Of a stretch of 64,000 nt of DNA, positions 28,356-37,878 are shown in pieces. The notes under the pieces were generated by a model. It was not told the origin of the DNA. It made no database searches and saw only the letters and a program-made list of their open reading frames with translations. The stretch is taken from contig CAWHCC010000003.1 of the NCBI GenBank assembly GCA_963827805.1, positions 491,186 to 555,185 on the forward strand, written 5' to 3'. Within the stretch, counting starts at the first letter, position 1. Every line of letters begins with the position of its first letter. The stretch comes from an uncultured Chloroflexia bacterium (GTDB taxonomy: Bacteria; Chloroflexota; Anaerolineae; Anaerolineales; UBA11858). Both the position numbers and the translations under genes were made by a program.

Positions 28356-29630
28356 CTATTCAAACCTGAAACGCCAGACCCCGACCAGGAAGAAGACCAG
28401 GCTGAAGACTAACAAAGCAACGATATTGGGCCAGATTTCCATCAGGGTTAAGCCGCGAAAGATCAGGCCATAATAAGCCTGGTTAGCCCAATAGTGCGGA
28501 ACCACCCGCGCCATATTTGCCAGCGTTTCGGGGAACAAGAAGAGTGGAATCAATGAACCTGCCAGGATGGCAGCCATAAACAGGGCCAATGAACTCAATC
28601 CGCCGGCCTGGCTTTCAGTTTTGACCAACCCTGCAATACAAATCCCCAGACAGGTTGAACACAGCGCCATCGCCAGTGAGACCAACACCAATCCCAGGGG
28701 GTCGCTGGAGAGATCGAGCGGCTCCACCCCGAATAAGCTGACCAAATACCCACCGGTGAATAGGATCACCGCAATCTGCACCAGACCCAAAATGAAGGCG
28801 GGGAGCATTTTGCCGGTCAGCAGGGTGAAATTACCAATTGGGGCAGCCATCAGGCGGCGGAAACTGCCAATCCGTTTTTCGGTGAAGAGCGACATGGCCG
28901 TGTTCTGGGCACCCAAGAAGACGAACAAAACCGTCATCCCTACCACCGTGATCTGACCAAGGGCAGGAATTTCAACGACCTCGTCTTCTTCGGTCACTGG
29001 CGTGGTTTCCATAACGGAAATCAATGGGCGGGTCTCGGATTCCGCCTGTTGTTTCTCAACTTGCCGGTGGATGCGCTCCTCTGAAAATGTCTCATCCGCT
29101 TCCGGGTGGGCAGCCTGCATCTCAGCCATCTGCTCCAATCCGCGGTTGAGATACTCAACCATCAGATATTCGCGCATCGCCCGGGAAATGGCTCGTTCAA
29201 CGGTCATCACCGTGGTCTGATTATGCGCCGGGTGCAGTTTGAAGATCAGGGTGGTTTGCTGGTCAGATGCCAGACTGGTGCTGAAATCAGATGGGATGAA
29301 CAATGCCATTTTTGTAGAGGAGTCGTTGATAGAGGCGTCCACTTCTTCCTGTTCTCCCAGGATGATCTCAACTTTGCTGGTAGCTTCCAGGGCCCACAGA
29401 AAATCCTGGGCGGCCTGCCCATCCGGGTCGTTGTTGACCACATCCAGACTGATCAGGGTCTTCTCGGTTTCTCCACCGTCGCCCCCACCCAGATCCACGT
29501 TCTGGCCGATGAAGGAAAATCCCAGGATGAAGACAAATGGCAGCAGGAACAGCATCACGACTGCACCGCGATCCCGAACGAAGATTTGCAAATCTTTCAA
29601 AGTGATACTGAATGCTCTCATGATCATCAC
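28356..29630 (-). CDS. ABC-2 family exporter permease
   Basis: It has the same architecture as 27097..28344 and overlaps the upstream ATPase stop by 4 nt. Confidence 0.8.
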   Translation of the reverse strand: MMIMRAFSITLKDLQIFVRDRGAVVMLFLLPFVFILGFSFIGQNVDLGGGDGGETEKTLISLDVVNNDPDGQAAQDFLWALEATSKVEIILGEQEEVDASINDSSTKMALFIPSDFSTSLASDQQTTLIFKLHPAHNQTTVMTVERAISRAMREYLMVEYLNRGLEQMAEMQAAHPEADETFSEERIHRQVEKQQAESETRPLISVMETTPVTEEDEVVEIPALGQITVVGMTVLFVFLGAQNTAMSLFTEKRIGSFRRLMAAPIGNFTLLTGKMLPAFILGLVQIAVILFTGGYLVSLFGVEPLDLSSDPLGLVLVSLAMALCSTCLGICIAGLVKTESQAGGLSSLALFMAAILAGSLIPLFLFPETLANMARVVPHYWANQAYYGLIFRGLTLMEIWPNIVALLVFSLVFFLVGVWRFRFE

Positions 29631-30638
29631 TCCCGCAGCTTCTTGCCAGTCAGGTGCAAGAAGACGCTTTCCAGATTAGGCTCCAGTGTTTCAATCGACA
29701 CCAGACGCAGATCACGTTCATTCAAGAAGGCGATCAGCTCGACCAAGGCCAGCTGACCGTTTTCGCATTCCACTTTGACGATTGTATGATCCGACTCTGC
29801 TGGCGTTTCGAGGGCTTTCGTTTCCTCAGGGCGTTCCCCAACTGGAAATGGAAGCTCCGGACGCCAGGCTGGCCTGTTTGACCGCTGGCAAAGCGCTGAT
29901 TTGCGCCAGCAGTGCATCATCGACCTTCTCCAAGCCCAGATTGATCACGCCGCCCCCTAACATGGCAATAAGGTTCTTGATCGTATCCAAGGCGATGATC
30001 TCTCCCTTGTCCACAATGGCAACCCGGTTACAGAGCAACTCGACCTCTTCCATATAATGGCTGGTGTAGATAATGCTCATGCCGCGCTCCCGGTTGAGTT
30101 GCAGCACGCTCTCAAAAATCTGGTTGCGGCTTTGGGGATCCACACCTACGGTGGGTTCATCGAGGAAGAGTAGGCGGGGTTCGTGGACCAATCCGGCGGC
30201 GATATTCACTCGGCGCTTCATGCCACCGGAGTAGTTTTCAACCTTTTCGTTGGCGCGCTCTTTGAGAGCCACAATTTCCAGCACATCTTCCACGCGTTTC
30301 TTGAGATCACTCCCTTTCAACCCATAGATGCGGCCAAAGAAATTCAGGTTGGCGCGTGCATTCAGGGTGGGGTAAAGTGCCAAATCCTGCGGCACCAGAC
30401 CGTTGACTTTTTTGACTTCCTTGAGATCCGTCTTTAAATCATAACCGCCCACCCGGGCCGTTCCAGAAGTCGGCTCCAGCACACCGGTGAGCATCGAGAT
30501 AGCCGTGGTTTTCCCAGCTCCATTGGGACCCAGTAAACCGAAAACTTCGCCTTCTTCAACCTCGAAACTGACTCCATTGACGGCCGTGAAATCCCCAAAT
30601 TTCTTGACCAGATTATCAACTTCCAATATATGCGGCAT
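29627..30638 (-). CDS. ABC transporter ATP-binding protein, frameshifted around 29830-29880
   Basis: ORF 29826..30638 has Walker A GPNGAGKTT, the signature YSGGMKRR and Walker B LLFLDEPT. The conserved C-terminal domain (...LVSIETLEPNLESVFLHLTG) continues in another frame as ORF 29627..29920. Confidence 0.8.
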
Positions 30639-30739
30639 CAGAATTCTCCTTTCACTTGCATCTGAACTATTAGCGATTGGCTTTTTTCACCACTATCAAT
30701 TTAGCAAACGGGAGTCAAGCTGTCATCTATCGGAAGGTT

Positions 30740-30789
30740 GATTTAGGGGGTTTATTCTGCCTTCATAGTTGAAATAAACCCCCTAAATC
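30740..30789. promoter_or_regulatory. 17-bp perfect inverted repeat in the divergent intergenic region upstream of the ABC-2 operon
   Basis: GATTTAGGGGGTTTATT (30740-30756) is the reverse complement of AATAAACCCCCTAAATC (30773-30789), with a 16-nt spacer. The outer CATCTA/TAGATG at 30724 and 30805 extend the symmetry. Confidence 0.5.
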
Positions 30790-30994
30790 TATCGAATGGT
30801 AGATGACCTCCACAGCGTTGCTCGTTAAACTATAAGCAGAACGCCCAAAAACACAAATTGTAGGTTGCTATGTCGGACTCAAAAGAATCATCTACCAATT
30901 GGCTTCAGCGGATAACCTTTGAAAATCCTAACTTAACTGCTCTTGCGCTAATGATCATCGCGCTATTCTTTAAAAATGGATCGCTACCTTTATC

Positions 30995-31345
30995 TTGCGG
31001 TTAGATGAGCGCTGGGGCGAGATCATCCTTTCCAAGGCACTGGGATCCATCCTGGTGATCGTATTTATATGGTTGATACGGCACAAGTTGAAGGATATCT
31101 GCTTGCATTCCAAGAGGATCGGTCAAAGTCTCTTGATCGGGGCTTCCATCACAATCATTGCATTCCTGGTTAGTTATGGAATGGATGCTGGCATGATGAT
31201 CCGAATGCCCATATTTACCAGCCTAGCCTTGCTATCGATGTATATCGTCAAATTCTTGGCAGAGAAATTCCAGATGGATGAAGTCCAACCCTGGCAAACG
31301 ATCTATCAAAATGGTGAGCAAAAGCGAGTTGTCAATCAAACATAA
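30995..31345 (+). CDS. Hypothetical membrane protein, possibly a fragment of a CPBP-type protease
   Basis: It has three hydrophobic segments and no EExxxR motif. An upstream 43-codon ORF (ATG 30869) in another frame may be its displaced N-terminus. Confidence 0.3.
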   Translation: MRLDERWGEIILSKALGSILVIVFIWLIRHKLKDICLHSKRIGQSLLIGASITIIAFLVSYGMDAGMMIRMPIFTSLALLSMYIVKFLAEKFQMDEVQPWQTIYQNGEQKRVVNQT

Positions 31346-31398
31346 TTGTCATGATCTAAATTTTCAAAGTTTTATTGAAAATCTAAAAGGAGAAACTC

Positions 31399-31998
31399 AT
31401 GAATAAATCACGTGCAATTTGGGGTGTCATTTGTCTAGCCCTCTCAGGGTTACTGGCGGTTTTGTATTTTAGGCTGCCTCCCGAAGATTTGATGTTCACC
31501 GTAGGGAACCAGAATATGCCCTGGGTTCCACCTGTTATTCTGGGCGTTCTAGGATTAATCCTCTTGGGCAGTTCCATAACCGGGGGTTCAGCCACAGATC
31601 AATCCGCTAAAAAAAGGGAAATCGTCATCGATCCTGAAAAAGTCGCCGTCAACAAACGCCTGGAAACGATTTGCTGGGGCTTGTTTCTGATCATGCTGGG
31701 CGGCTTTATGTTCGTGCCCGAAGAGTTCATCAAAAGGGGCTGGTGGTCTATTGGGATTGGCCTGATTATGCTGGGGTTGAATGTAGCACGTTATGTCAAT
31801 CAGATCAAAATGAGCAGTTTCACTACCTTTTTGGGGATTCTCTCCCTGGCCGGCGGTATTGCGCAGGTAGCGGGTTGGTCCGCGCTGGATGACGCGCTCT
31901 TCTTCCTTTTGCTGGGTGGCTTTTTGCTCATCCGCCCAATTTTTGATAAGAAAGGTCGCTTCGGTAAAGCCGAAGAAAGCATGGAAAACCCCTCCTAG
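31399..31998 (+). CDS. Hypothetical integral membrane protein
   Basis: The 199-aa ORF has GGAGAA upstream and about five predicted TM segments. No motif is recognisable. Confidence 0.55.
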   Translation: MNKSRAIWGVICLALSGLLAVLYFRLPPEDLMFTVGNQNMPWVPPVILGVLGLILLGSSITGGSATDQSAKKREIVIDPEKVAVNKRLETICWGLFLIMLGGFMFVPEEFIKRGWWSIGIGLIMLGLNVARYVNQIKMSSFTTFLGILSLAGGIAQVAGWSALDDALFFLLLGGFLLIRPIFDKKGRFGKAEESMENPS

Positions 31999-32006
31999 GA
32001 GACCCT

Positions 32007-32225
32007 ATGCCATCATCCGTAGAAATCATAATTCAAGGGCACCTGGATCCCGATTGGGCAGATTGGCTGGAGGGTTTCACAATCACGCATTCAGATAATG
32101 AGGAAACCATCCTGACCGGTACCGTTGACGATCAAGCCGCCCTCTATGGCATCATGGCTAAACTGCGCGACTTAGGGGTAAAACTAATTTCGGCTAATTT
32201 TTCTAATCAATTGCTTGATACATGA
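32007..32225 (+). CDS. Small hypothetical protein (72 aa)
   Basis: It starts 8 nt after the upstream stop. The sequence is compact and non-repetitive (IIIQGHLDPDWADWLEGFTITH...ALYGIMAKLRDLGVKLIS). Confidence 0.5.
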   Translation: MPSSVEIIIQGHLDPDWADWLEGFTITHSDNEETILTGTVDDQAALYGIMAKLRDLGVKLISANFSNQLLDT

Positions 32226-32540
32226 GCACTGGTTTAGTCCGAGCATCTTCTTTGCCTGTCAGAATTCCAAACAGAGAGGTCGGAAAAGGATGTAACCAGG
32301 AACGATTGCATTCACATTATTACGGAAACCGTGCCAGAATATAATATTTCAAAGATTTTTTGACCAATCAATATCCCATCCAACTCTAATCCAAAGTGTT
32401 GATCTGGGTAGAGGTCTGCAAAATAAATCCAGTCCAATTAGGGATCCCTTATGAATACGTTAAAATAATCTGGATATGCTGTTCTAAACAGTATGTTGTT
32501 AGGTCAGCAAATCATCAATCAAATTGAGATTTTTAAAAGT

Positions 32541-32562
32541 TTCTGCGAGCAATTTGCGAGCA
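32541..32562 (+). repeat. 22-nt motif TTCTGCGAGCAATTTGCGAGCA, copy B
   Basis: It is identical to 7395-7416 and lies about 26 nt upstream of the predicted -35 box. Confidence 0.8.
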
Positions 32563-32587
32563 GATTGTGTAGTTTTTTTATAAACCA

Positions 32588-32616
32588 TAGACACGGTGGA
32601 AAGATTTCTGTATAAT
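32588..32616 (+). promoter_or_regulatory. Predicted sigma70-type promoter (TAGACA - 17 nt - TATAAT)
   Basis: The -35 box is at 32588-32593 and the -10 box at 32611-32616, with exact 17-nt spacing. No protein-coding ORF follows. Confidence 0.45.
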
Positions 32617-32622
32617 ATCGAC

Positions 32623-32735
32623 GACTATGCGCAAGAATAAAATCCAGCGGTAGCAATACCTTGTGGGTTCGACCCCCACCCGGTCCACTACCAGATTTCA
32701 GGGCTCCTCATGAGAGGAGCCCTGTAATTGTTTGT
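32623..32735 (+). ncRNA. Candidate ~105-110-nt small RNA containing a tRNA-3'-end-like module (copy B at 32638-32690)
   Basis: The promoter lies upstream. Internally there is a GGTA-GCAA-TACC hairpin and a GTGGG-TTCGACC-CCCAC T-arm-like hairpin followed by CCGGTCCA. It ends in the terminator at 32699-32724 plus a T-rich tail. Confidence 0.35.
32699..32724 (+). terminator. Rho-independent terminator
   Basis: CAGGGCTCCT-catgag-AGGAGCCCTG forms a 10-bp GC-rich stem followed by TAATTGTTTGTTTG. Confidence 0.6.
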
Positions 32736-32860
32736 TTGCGTCAATCCGATATTTCTCGAATCCATTCCTAACAATTCATTCCACCCTAGAAGCCTATTTG
32801 TTTCCAATTATAAAGGTATCCCACTAATAATTCCATCCGTGTTTTGGTTTAATTTGTGCG

Positions 32861-33832
32861 CTAATTGAAGTTTTTTGCTGCCCAAAGTGCTGCACCTATG
32901 ACTTCGGCATCGTCTCCCAGGGTAGCTTGCACCACTTCAACCTCCTCAATTGGCATGACAGTTACACGTTCACGAATCGTATGCCGGATCGGATCGAGAA
33001 GTGGATCACCGATTCTCGAAACCCCACCCGCAATGACAATTTTCCGAGGTCCTACAGAAACACAAATGTTGGCTGCTGCTATGCCAATGTACAAACCCGC
33101 TTCTGCAATAATGATTTGAGAAATCTCATCACCCAGTGCCGCAGCCTGAGCGATCACATCCGGTGTAATTCTGTTGACATCATAATCAACCAACTCACCG
33201 ATAAGGGTGGTACGGCCTTGAACGACAGCCTTCATGCCCATCGATGCGATCGCCGGACCAGAAGCATACGCTTCCAGACAGCCGCGGTTACCACAGCCAC
33301 AAAGAGGGCCGTTAAAATCAATGGTTTGGTGTCCGAGTTCTCCTCCAGTACCACCAATTCCCAGATGTAATTGGCGGTTGATCACCAACCCGCCACCGAC
33401 CCCTGTTCCTATGGCAAAACAAGCCATCGTGTCAACCCCTTGCCCGGCACCAAATTTCCATTCACCAAAAGTAATTGAACGCACATCGTTCAGCAAAGCC
33501 ACCGGTATGTTGACTGCTTCAGCTATGGTGTTTCGCAATGGAACTTTGGGCCATGTACCAGAGAGATTGGGTAGAAAGAGAGTCAGGCCGCGTTCGAGAT
33601 CAAGTACACCCGGCACTCCAATACCTACTCCACCAATTTCCGATTTGGACAGCCCTCCAGCAATGATCACATTTTCTATCAAAGCCGACATGCGCACCAT
33701 AACAGCGTCGTGACCTTCACGGGCCAGGGTGGGGGTTGATGACAGGTGGGTAACTTGACCGCTTTCTGGATCAACGATCCCCGCGCGCAAATTAGTCCCC
33801 CCTAAATCACAACCAATAAATTTCTGACTCAT
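32861..33832 (-). CDS. ROK-family sugar kinase (glucokinase-like)
   Basis: The N-terminal ATP motif is IGCDLGGTNLR. The ROK signature is GGELGHQTID...CGCGNRGCLEAYASG. There is no N-terminal HTH. Confidence 0.85.
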   Translation of the reverse strand: MSQKFIGCDLGGTNLRAGIVDPESGQVTHLSSTPTLAREGHDAVMVRMSALIENVIIAGGLSKSEIGGVGIGVPGVLDLERGLTLFLPNLSGTWPKVPLRNTIAEAVNIPVALLNDVRSITFGEWKFGAGQGVDTMACFAIGTGVGGGLVINRQLHLGIGGTGGELGHQTIDFNGPLCGCGNRGCLEAYASGPAIASMGMKAVVQGRTTLIGELVDYDVNRITPDVIAQAAALGDEISQIIIAEAGLYIGIAAANICVSVGPRKIVIAGGVSRIGDPLLDPIRHTIRERVTVMPIEEVEVVQATLGDDAEVIGAALWAAKNFN

Positions 33833-34743
33833 TTGATGAACGGGCGGAGCACATCGCGGGAAAGCAAAAAGCCGCGTTTGATCAATTCTTCAGTTTTTTC
33901 AAAGGCTCGATCTTCGTGCTCAATACTGATCACGTAGTCATACCCGACCCGATAAAGAGCCGAAATGAATTTGCCCCAGTTGATATCGCCAAGACCAGGC
34001 AATCGCGGAATTTGCCAACCCATGCCTTGAGCCAGTACACCATTTTGGTAGAGGCCCTCATGATCAATCTCCAGATCCTTGGCATGTACATGGAATATTT
34101 TGTCGGCGAAATCCAAAACCACACGCTCATAATCAATCATCTGCAAAATCAAGTGTGATGGGTCGAGATTGAGACCAAAGTTATCATCTGGGATGATCTC
34201 CCACATCTTCTTCCAGAGTGCGGGGCTGCTTGCTAAGTTATTACCACCAGGCCACTCATCGTAGGAAAAGATCATTGGGCAATTTTCGATCGCGATTTTT
34301 ATCTGGTGTTCTGCAGCAAAATTGACGATGGGTGGCCAGATTTTGGCAAAGGCTTCCAGATTGTCCGGGATATTCTTATCTTTATCACGACCTACAAAAG
34401 TACCAACAATTTCAACCTCCAGCAACTCAGCAGCTAAGATCACTTTTTTGAGATGCTCGATAACAATATCACGCTGTTTCGTATCTGCATCCATCGGGTT
34501 TGGATAATAACCCAAGGAAGAGATACTCAAGCCAAAATTATTTAAAATAGCATGTACCTCTTTGGCTTGGGCAGCATCAAAGTCCACTACGTTGATTGTT
34601 GAGACACCGGCATACCGCCGAGTTGCTTTCTCAGGTGGCCAGCAGGCAAGCTCCAGTGTTTCAAAACCATTTTCAGCAGTCCAGGCAGCCACTTCTTCCA
34701 AAGATTTATCAGGAAATGCAGCGGAAAATATTCCTAGTTTCAT
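33829..34743 (-). CDS. Sugar phosphate isomerase/epimerase (xylose-isomerase-like TIM barrel)
   Basis: AP_endonuc_2-type motifs are present (IAIENCP, HVHAKD, SIEHED). I chose ATG 34743 with GGAGGA 8 nt upstream; the track's TTG 34758 lies inside that RBS. Confidence 0.75.
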   Translation of the reverse strand: MKLGIFSAAFPDKSLEEVAAWTAENGFETLELACWPPEKATRRYAGVSTINVVDFDAAQAKEVHAILNNFGLSISSLGYYPNPMDADTKQRDIVIEHLKKVILAAELLEVEIVGTFVGRDKDKNIPDNLEAFAKIWPPIVNFAAEHQIKIAIENCPMIFSYDEWPGGNNLASSPALWKKMWEIIPDDNFGLNLDPSHLILQMIDYERVVLDFADKIFHVHAKDLEIDHEGLYQNGVLAQGMGWQIPRLPGLGDINWGKFISALYRVGYDYVISIEHEDRAFEKTEELIKRGFLLSRDVLRPFIK

Positions 34744-34844
34744 AGATTTATCCTCCAAATTTTTCTTAAGCTTGGTAATTTTTAGCTCCCCGTAATCAAT
34801 TTCGGGGGGAGATTTACAAAACGATTTAAATTCTTAATAGACGG

Positions 34845-36005
34845 CTATACAATGACATCCACCCAGCGACTTTCCTTCGCACTTGTTTCAATGGCTTCGC
34901 AAAGCACTTGTTCATAGTGCCCATCGGCAAAAGTGGGGAAATCGGGTTTGGCAGCGTAATCACCAGCTAAGATATAGCTGTAAACTTTGTTGTACAGTTG
35001 TTTAAAAGTGTCCGGGAAACCTTCGTTATGGCCACCCGGGTATGAAGTTGTGGCCAGCGCTTCAGGGGAAAGCAGCGAGGGATCTTTCATCATCACTTGA
35101 TTAGGACCAGAGCGTTGTCCAATCCAAAGTTCGTTGGGACGTTCGCCATTCCAAGACAACGATGATTTTGATCCATTGATTTCGAAAGAAATGCGGTTCT
35201 TTCGTCCCGAACTTACTTGAGAAACGGTCAAAACACCGTGTACTCCATTTTCGTAATGCAACAAAATGCTGGCGTAGTCTTCGGTTTTTATCGGCTTATC
35301 TTCATAATCATCAGGGGTCAGCATTTTCCCAGTGAAAGTTTCCAACTCCTCGAGCGGTTTCTTGCGAATCGGATGGAAAGTTTTGAAATCGGCGAAAACT
35401 TCTTTAACCTTCAGCCCAGTAATGAAGCTCACTAAATCGAGCCAGTGAGAACCAATATCCCCAACGGCGCGCAGTGTACCTCCGAGATCGGGCTCCAACC
35501 GCCAATTCCAGTCTGTGGGAAGCAGCAACCAATCCTGAAGATAAGATCCTTGAAGGATAAAGAGATCCCCAATTTCACCATTCTGCACCATCGAGCGGGC
35601 TTGATGCACCATCGGGTAAAAACGGATATTGAAGTTGATCACATTCACTTTCCCCGTTTCTTTGGCAATTCGTACCAAATCAGCTGATTCTTCACTGGTC
35701 GTCGCTAAAGGTTTTTCACAAACCACGTGTTTTCCAGCTTCGAGGGCAGCCTTAGCTTGAGGGTAGTGTAAATAATTTGGAGTCGCCAGATGAACAACAT
35801 CAATATTAGTATCAGCCAGCATATCTTCGTAACCATCATATGCCGTTTTGATGCCTAAATCGGCAGCTTTTTTAGCAGCTAATTCAGCGTTAGCTTCAGC
35901 CAATCCCACCACTTGAATATTGTTTCGGCGCAATGCTTCAAGGTGAACCGGACCTATAAAACCGGTACCAGCAATGCCTACGCGAATGGTCGCTTTATCT
36001 CTCAT
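34845..36005 (-). CDS. Gfo/Idh/MocA-family NAD(P)-dependent oxidoreductase
   Basis: The Rossmann N-terminus is [15 protein letters not shown]. The family motif EKPLAT is present and the C-terminal alpha/beta domain is typical. Confidence 0.85.
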   Translation of the reverse strand: MRDKATIRVGIAGTGFIGPVHLEALRRNNIQVVGLAEANAELAAKKAADLGIKTAYDGYEDMLADTNIDVVHLATPNYLHYPQAKAALEAGKHVVCEKPLATTSEESADLVRIAKETGKVNVINFNIRFYPMVHQARSMVQNGEIGDLFILQGSYLQDWLLLPTDWNWRLEPDLGGTLRAVGDIGSHWLDLVSFITGLKVKEVFADFKTFHPIRKKPLEELETFTGKMLTPDDYEDKPIKTEDYASILLHYENGVHGVLTVSQVSSGRKNRISFEINGSKSSLSWNGERPNELWIGQRSGPNQVMMKDPSLLSPEALATTSYPGGHNEGFPDTFKQLYNKVYSYILAGDYAAKPDFPTFADGHYEQVLCEAIETSAKESRWVDVIV

Positions 36006-36099
36006 AAGTTGCTCCTTCGATTAGACCGTGTTGACTTTTTATGTTTTTAGTCTTGAAATAAATCGTTTAAATTAAATATGCGTGGAATATCGAAATTAC

Positions 36100-36846
36100 C
36101 TAGTAGCCAATGGGGTCGTCTGAAAATTCGGCTCCCTCGACGCTGCCTGTGCTACCTCGACCCTCAAACTCATTCAGGATGATGGCTGTGGCTGTGGCAC
36201 CAACACGGGTGCAGCCCACATCGATAACCGGCAGGATAGAATCCAGGGTGCGAACACCGCCAGCAGCCTTAACCTGAACTTTTTCGCTGACAGTTTTTCG
36301 CATCAAAGCTAAATCTTCAAGAGTTGCGCCGCTTGGGGAAAATCCAGTGGAGGTTTTTACCCAGTCTGCTCCCGCCTCTTCGCAAAGTCTGCAGGCGGTC
36401 ACTTTTTCATCATCGGTCAGGTAAGCATTTTCAAGAATCACTTTGACTTTGGCACCGCGGGTATGCGCCACATCACAAACAGCTTTAATATCATCGCGCA
36501 CAAAATCAAGTTTTCCAGTACGCAGTTGACCAATATTGAGTACCATATCAAGTTCCATGGCGCCATCGTCCATTGCGAGGTTGGCTTCCAAAACTTTGAC
36601 TTCGGTGCGGTTACTTCCATGTGGGAACCCAACTACGGTACTGACAATTACATCGGAATCTTTGAGTATCTCGGCTGCCAATTTGACATGTGTGGGTTTT
36701 ACACAAACGGTAGCTGTATGGTATTTCGCGGCCAGTTCACAACCTGTGACCACATCTGGTTCGGTGAGTTCAGGTCTAAGCAAGGAATGGTCAATCACCT
36801 TGGCGAGTTGCTCATATGTGATGGTTTTACTATTGAGGGTGGTCAT
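36100..36846 (-). CDS. deoC: Deoxyribose-phosphate aldolase
   Basis: IDHSLLRPE, CVKP, VVGFPHG, KVILE and WVKTSTGF (Schiff-base Lys region) are all present. The length is 248 aa. Confidence 0.85.
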   Translation of the reverse strand: MTTLNSKTITYEQLAKVIDHSLLRPELTEPDVVTGCELAAKYHTATVCVKPTHVKLAAEILKDSDVIVSTVVGFPHGSNRTEVKVLEANLAMDDGAMELDMVLNIGQLRTGKLDFVRDDIKAVCDVAHTRGAKVKVILENAYLTDDEKVTACRLCEEAGADWVKTSTGFSPSGATLEDLALMRKTVSEKVQVKAAGGVRTLDSILPVIDVGCTRVGATATAIILNEFEGRGSTGSVEGAEFSDDPIGY

Positions 36847-36909
36847 AAAATCTCCTAATAATTTCTGTCGGTTATATCAAATCTTAATGGGCGATGTTTT
36901 GGGTTTTTT

Positions 36910-37878
36910 CTATTGCCTAAAACCGCGTTGGCGTCCATATATCGAAATCAACAAGAGCAGGGTAGCTCCTAAAACCATTCGTCGAACCGATTCGGGCATT
37001 TGCATGGTGGTCAGCAAACTTGTAATCAACGTTAGTACGATCGCTCCGGCCATCGTCCCCCAATAACTGCCCTTACCGCCCGAGAGCAATGTACCTCCAA
37101 CGGCAACAGCCGCGATCGATGGGAATAAGAACGGTTGGCCAAGTGCAATAAAAACTACTCCGGTGTTTCCAACAACCAGAAAGCCACCAAAACCTGCCAA
37201 AGCTCCAGCTAGTGCATAGACTGCAAGGTTCATACTGGTTACATTTACGCCCGAGAGCTTGGAAGTTACACGATTTACACCAATAGCAAAGAGTTGTTTG
37301 CCAAAGGTAGTACGTTCTAACAGCAACCACATCAGCAAGCCAAAAATTAACCAGATGACAATCGCTCCTGGAATGGGGATTGATGCTGAGACAGGTCGGG
37401 CAATCAACCTGGTCATAATGGGCGCTACCTTTCCGCTGACGTTTCCATGATTGATCACAATAATTGCACCGGTGACCACCCCAGCCATTCCCAAAGTCAT
37501 AACAAAGGGAGAAATCCTCAAAAACGTGATTCCTGCGCCATTGATCAAGCCGATCAAGGCTCCCACGACAAATGATACTAACAAAGCCAGTAAAACTTTA
37601 TCATCGTTTCCATTAACCAATACATAGGTCAGAATTGCGGTTAAAGTTACAACCGAACCAGCAGAGAGATCGATCCCTTCTGACCCGCTGATGATTACCA
37701 AGGTTTGCCCAGCGGCGATAATACCCAAGAAAACAGCCAGACGCACAATATTCGTGGCTTGTGCAATAGCTACATCAACATTGCTGCCATAACTATTGGG
37801 GAGCATTCCAGAGAGCAAGAACAGAACCACAGCTAAAACCAGTGCGGCGACGGGGGGGGAGATAGAAATCCGTTTCAT
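36910..37878 (-). CDS. CUT2 (ribose-type) sugar ABC transporter permease 2
   Basis: The true start is ATG 37878 (MKRISISPPVAALVLAV...) with GGAGGAG upstream and an ATGA overlap with the preceding gene. The track ORF 36910..38217 is a chimera with the upstream gene's tail. Confidence 0.8.
   Translation of the reverse strand: MKRISISPPVAALVLAVVLFLLSGMLPNSYGSNVDVAIAQATNIVRLAVFLGIIAAGQTLVIISGSEGIDLSAGSVVTLTAILTYVLVNGNDDKVLLALLVSFVVGALIGLINGAGITFLRISPFVMTLGMAGVVTGAIIVINHGNVSGKVAPIMTRLIARPVSASIPIPGAIVIWLIFGLLMWLLLERTTFGKQLFAIGVNRVTSKLSGVNVTSMNLAVYALAGALAGFGGFLVVGNTGVVFIALGQPFLFPSIAAVAVGGTLLSGGKGSYWGTMAGAIVLTLITSLLTTMQMPESVRRMVLGATLLLLISIYGRQRGFRQ

Noticed and set aside
29106-29756. 216-aa and 146-aa plus-strand ORFs.
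   Set aside because: They are antisense to the ABC-2 permease/ATPase junction. They are low-complexity, and they have no RBS and no recognisable domain.
33234-33713. 159-aa plus-strand ORF. Similar long antisense ORFs occur at 43329..43871, 57305..57775, 27769..28302 and 36536..37066.
   Set aside because: All lie opposite strongly supported genes and are Pro/Ser/Arg-rich with no motifs. They are shadow ORFs.
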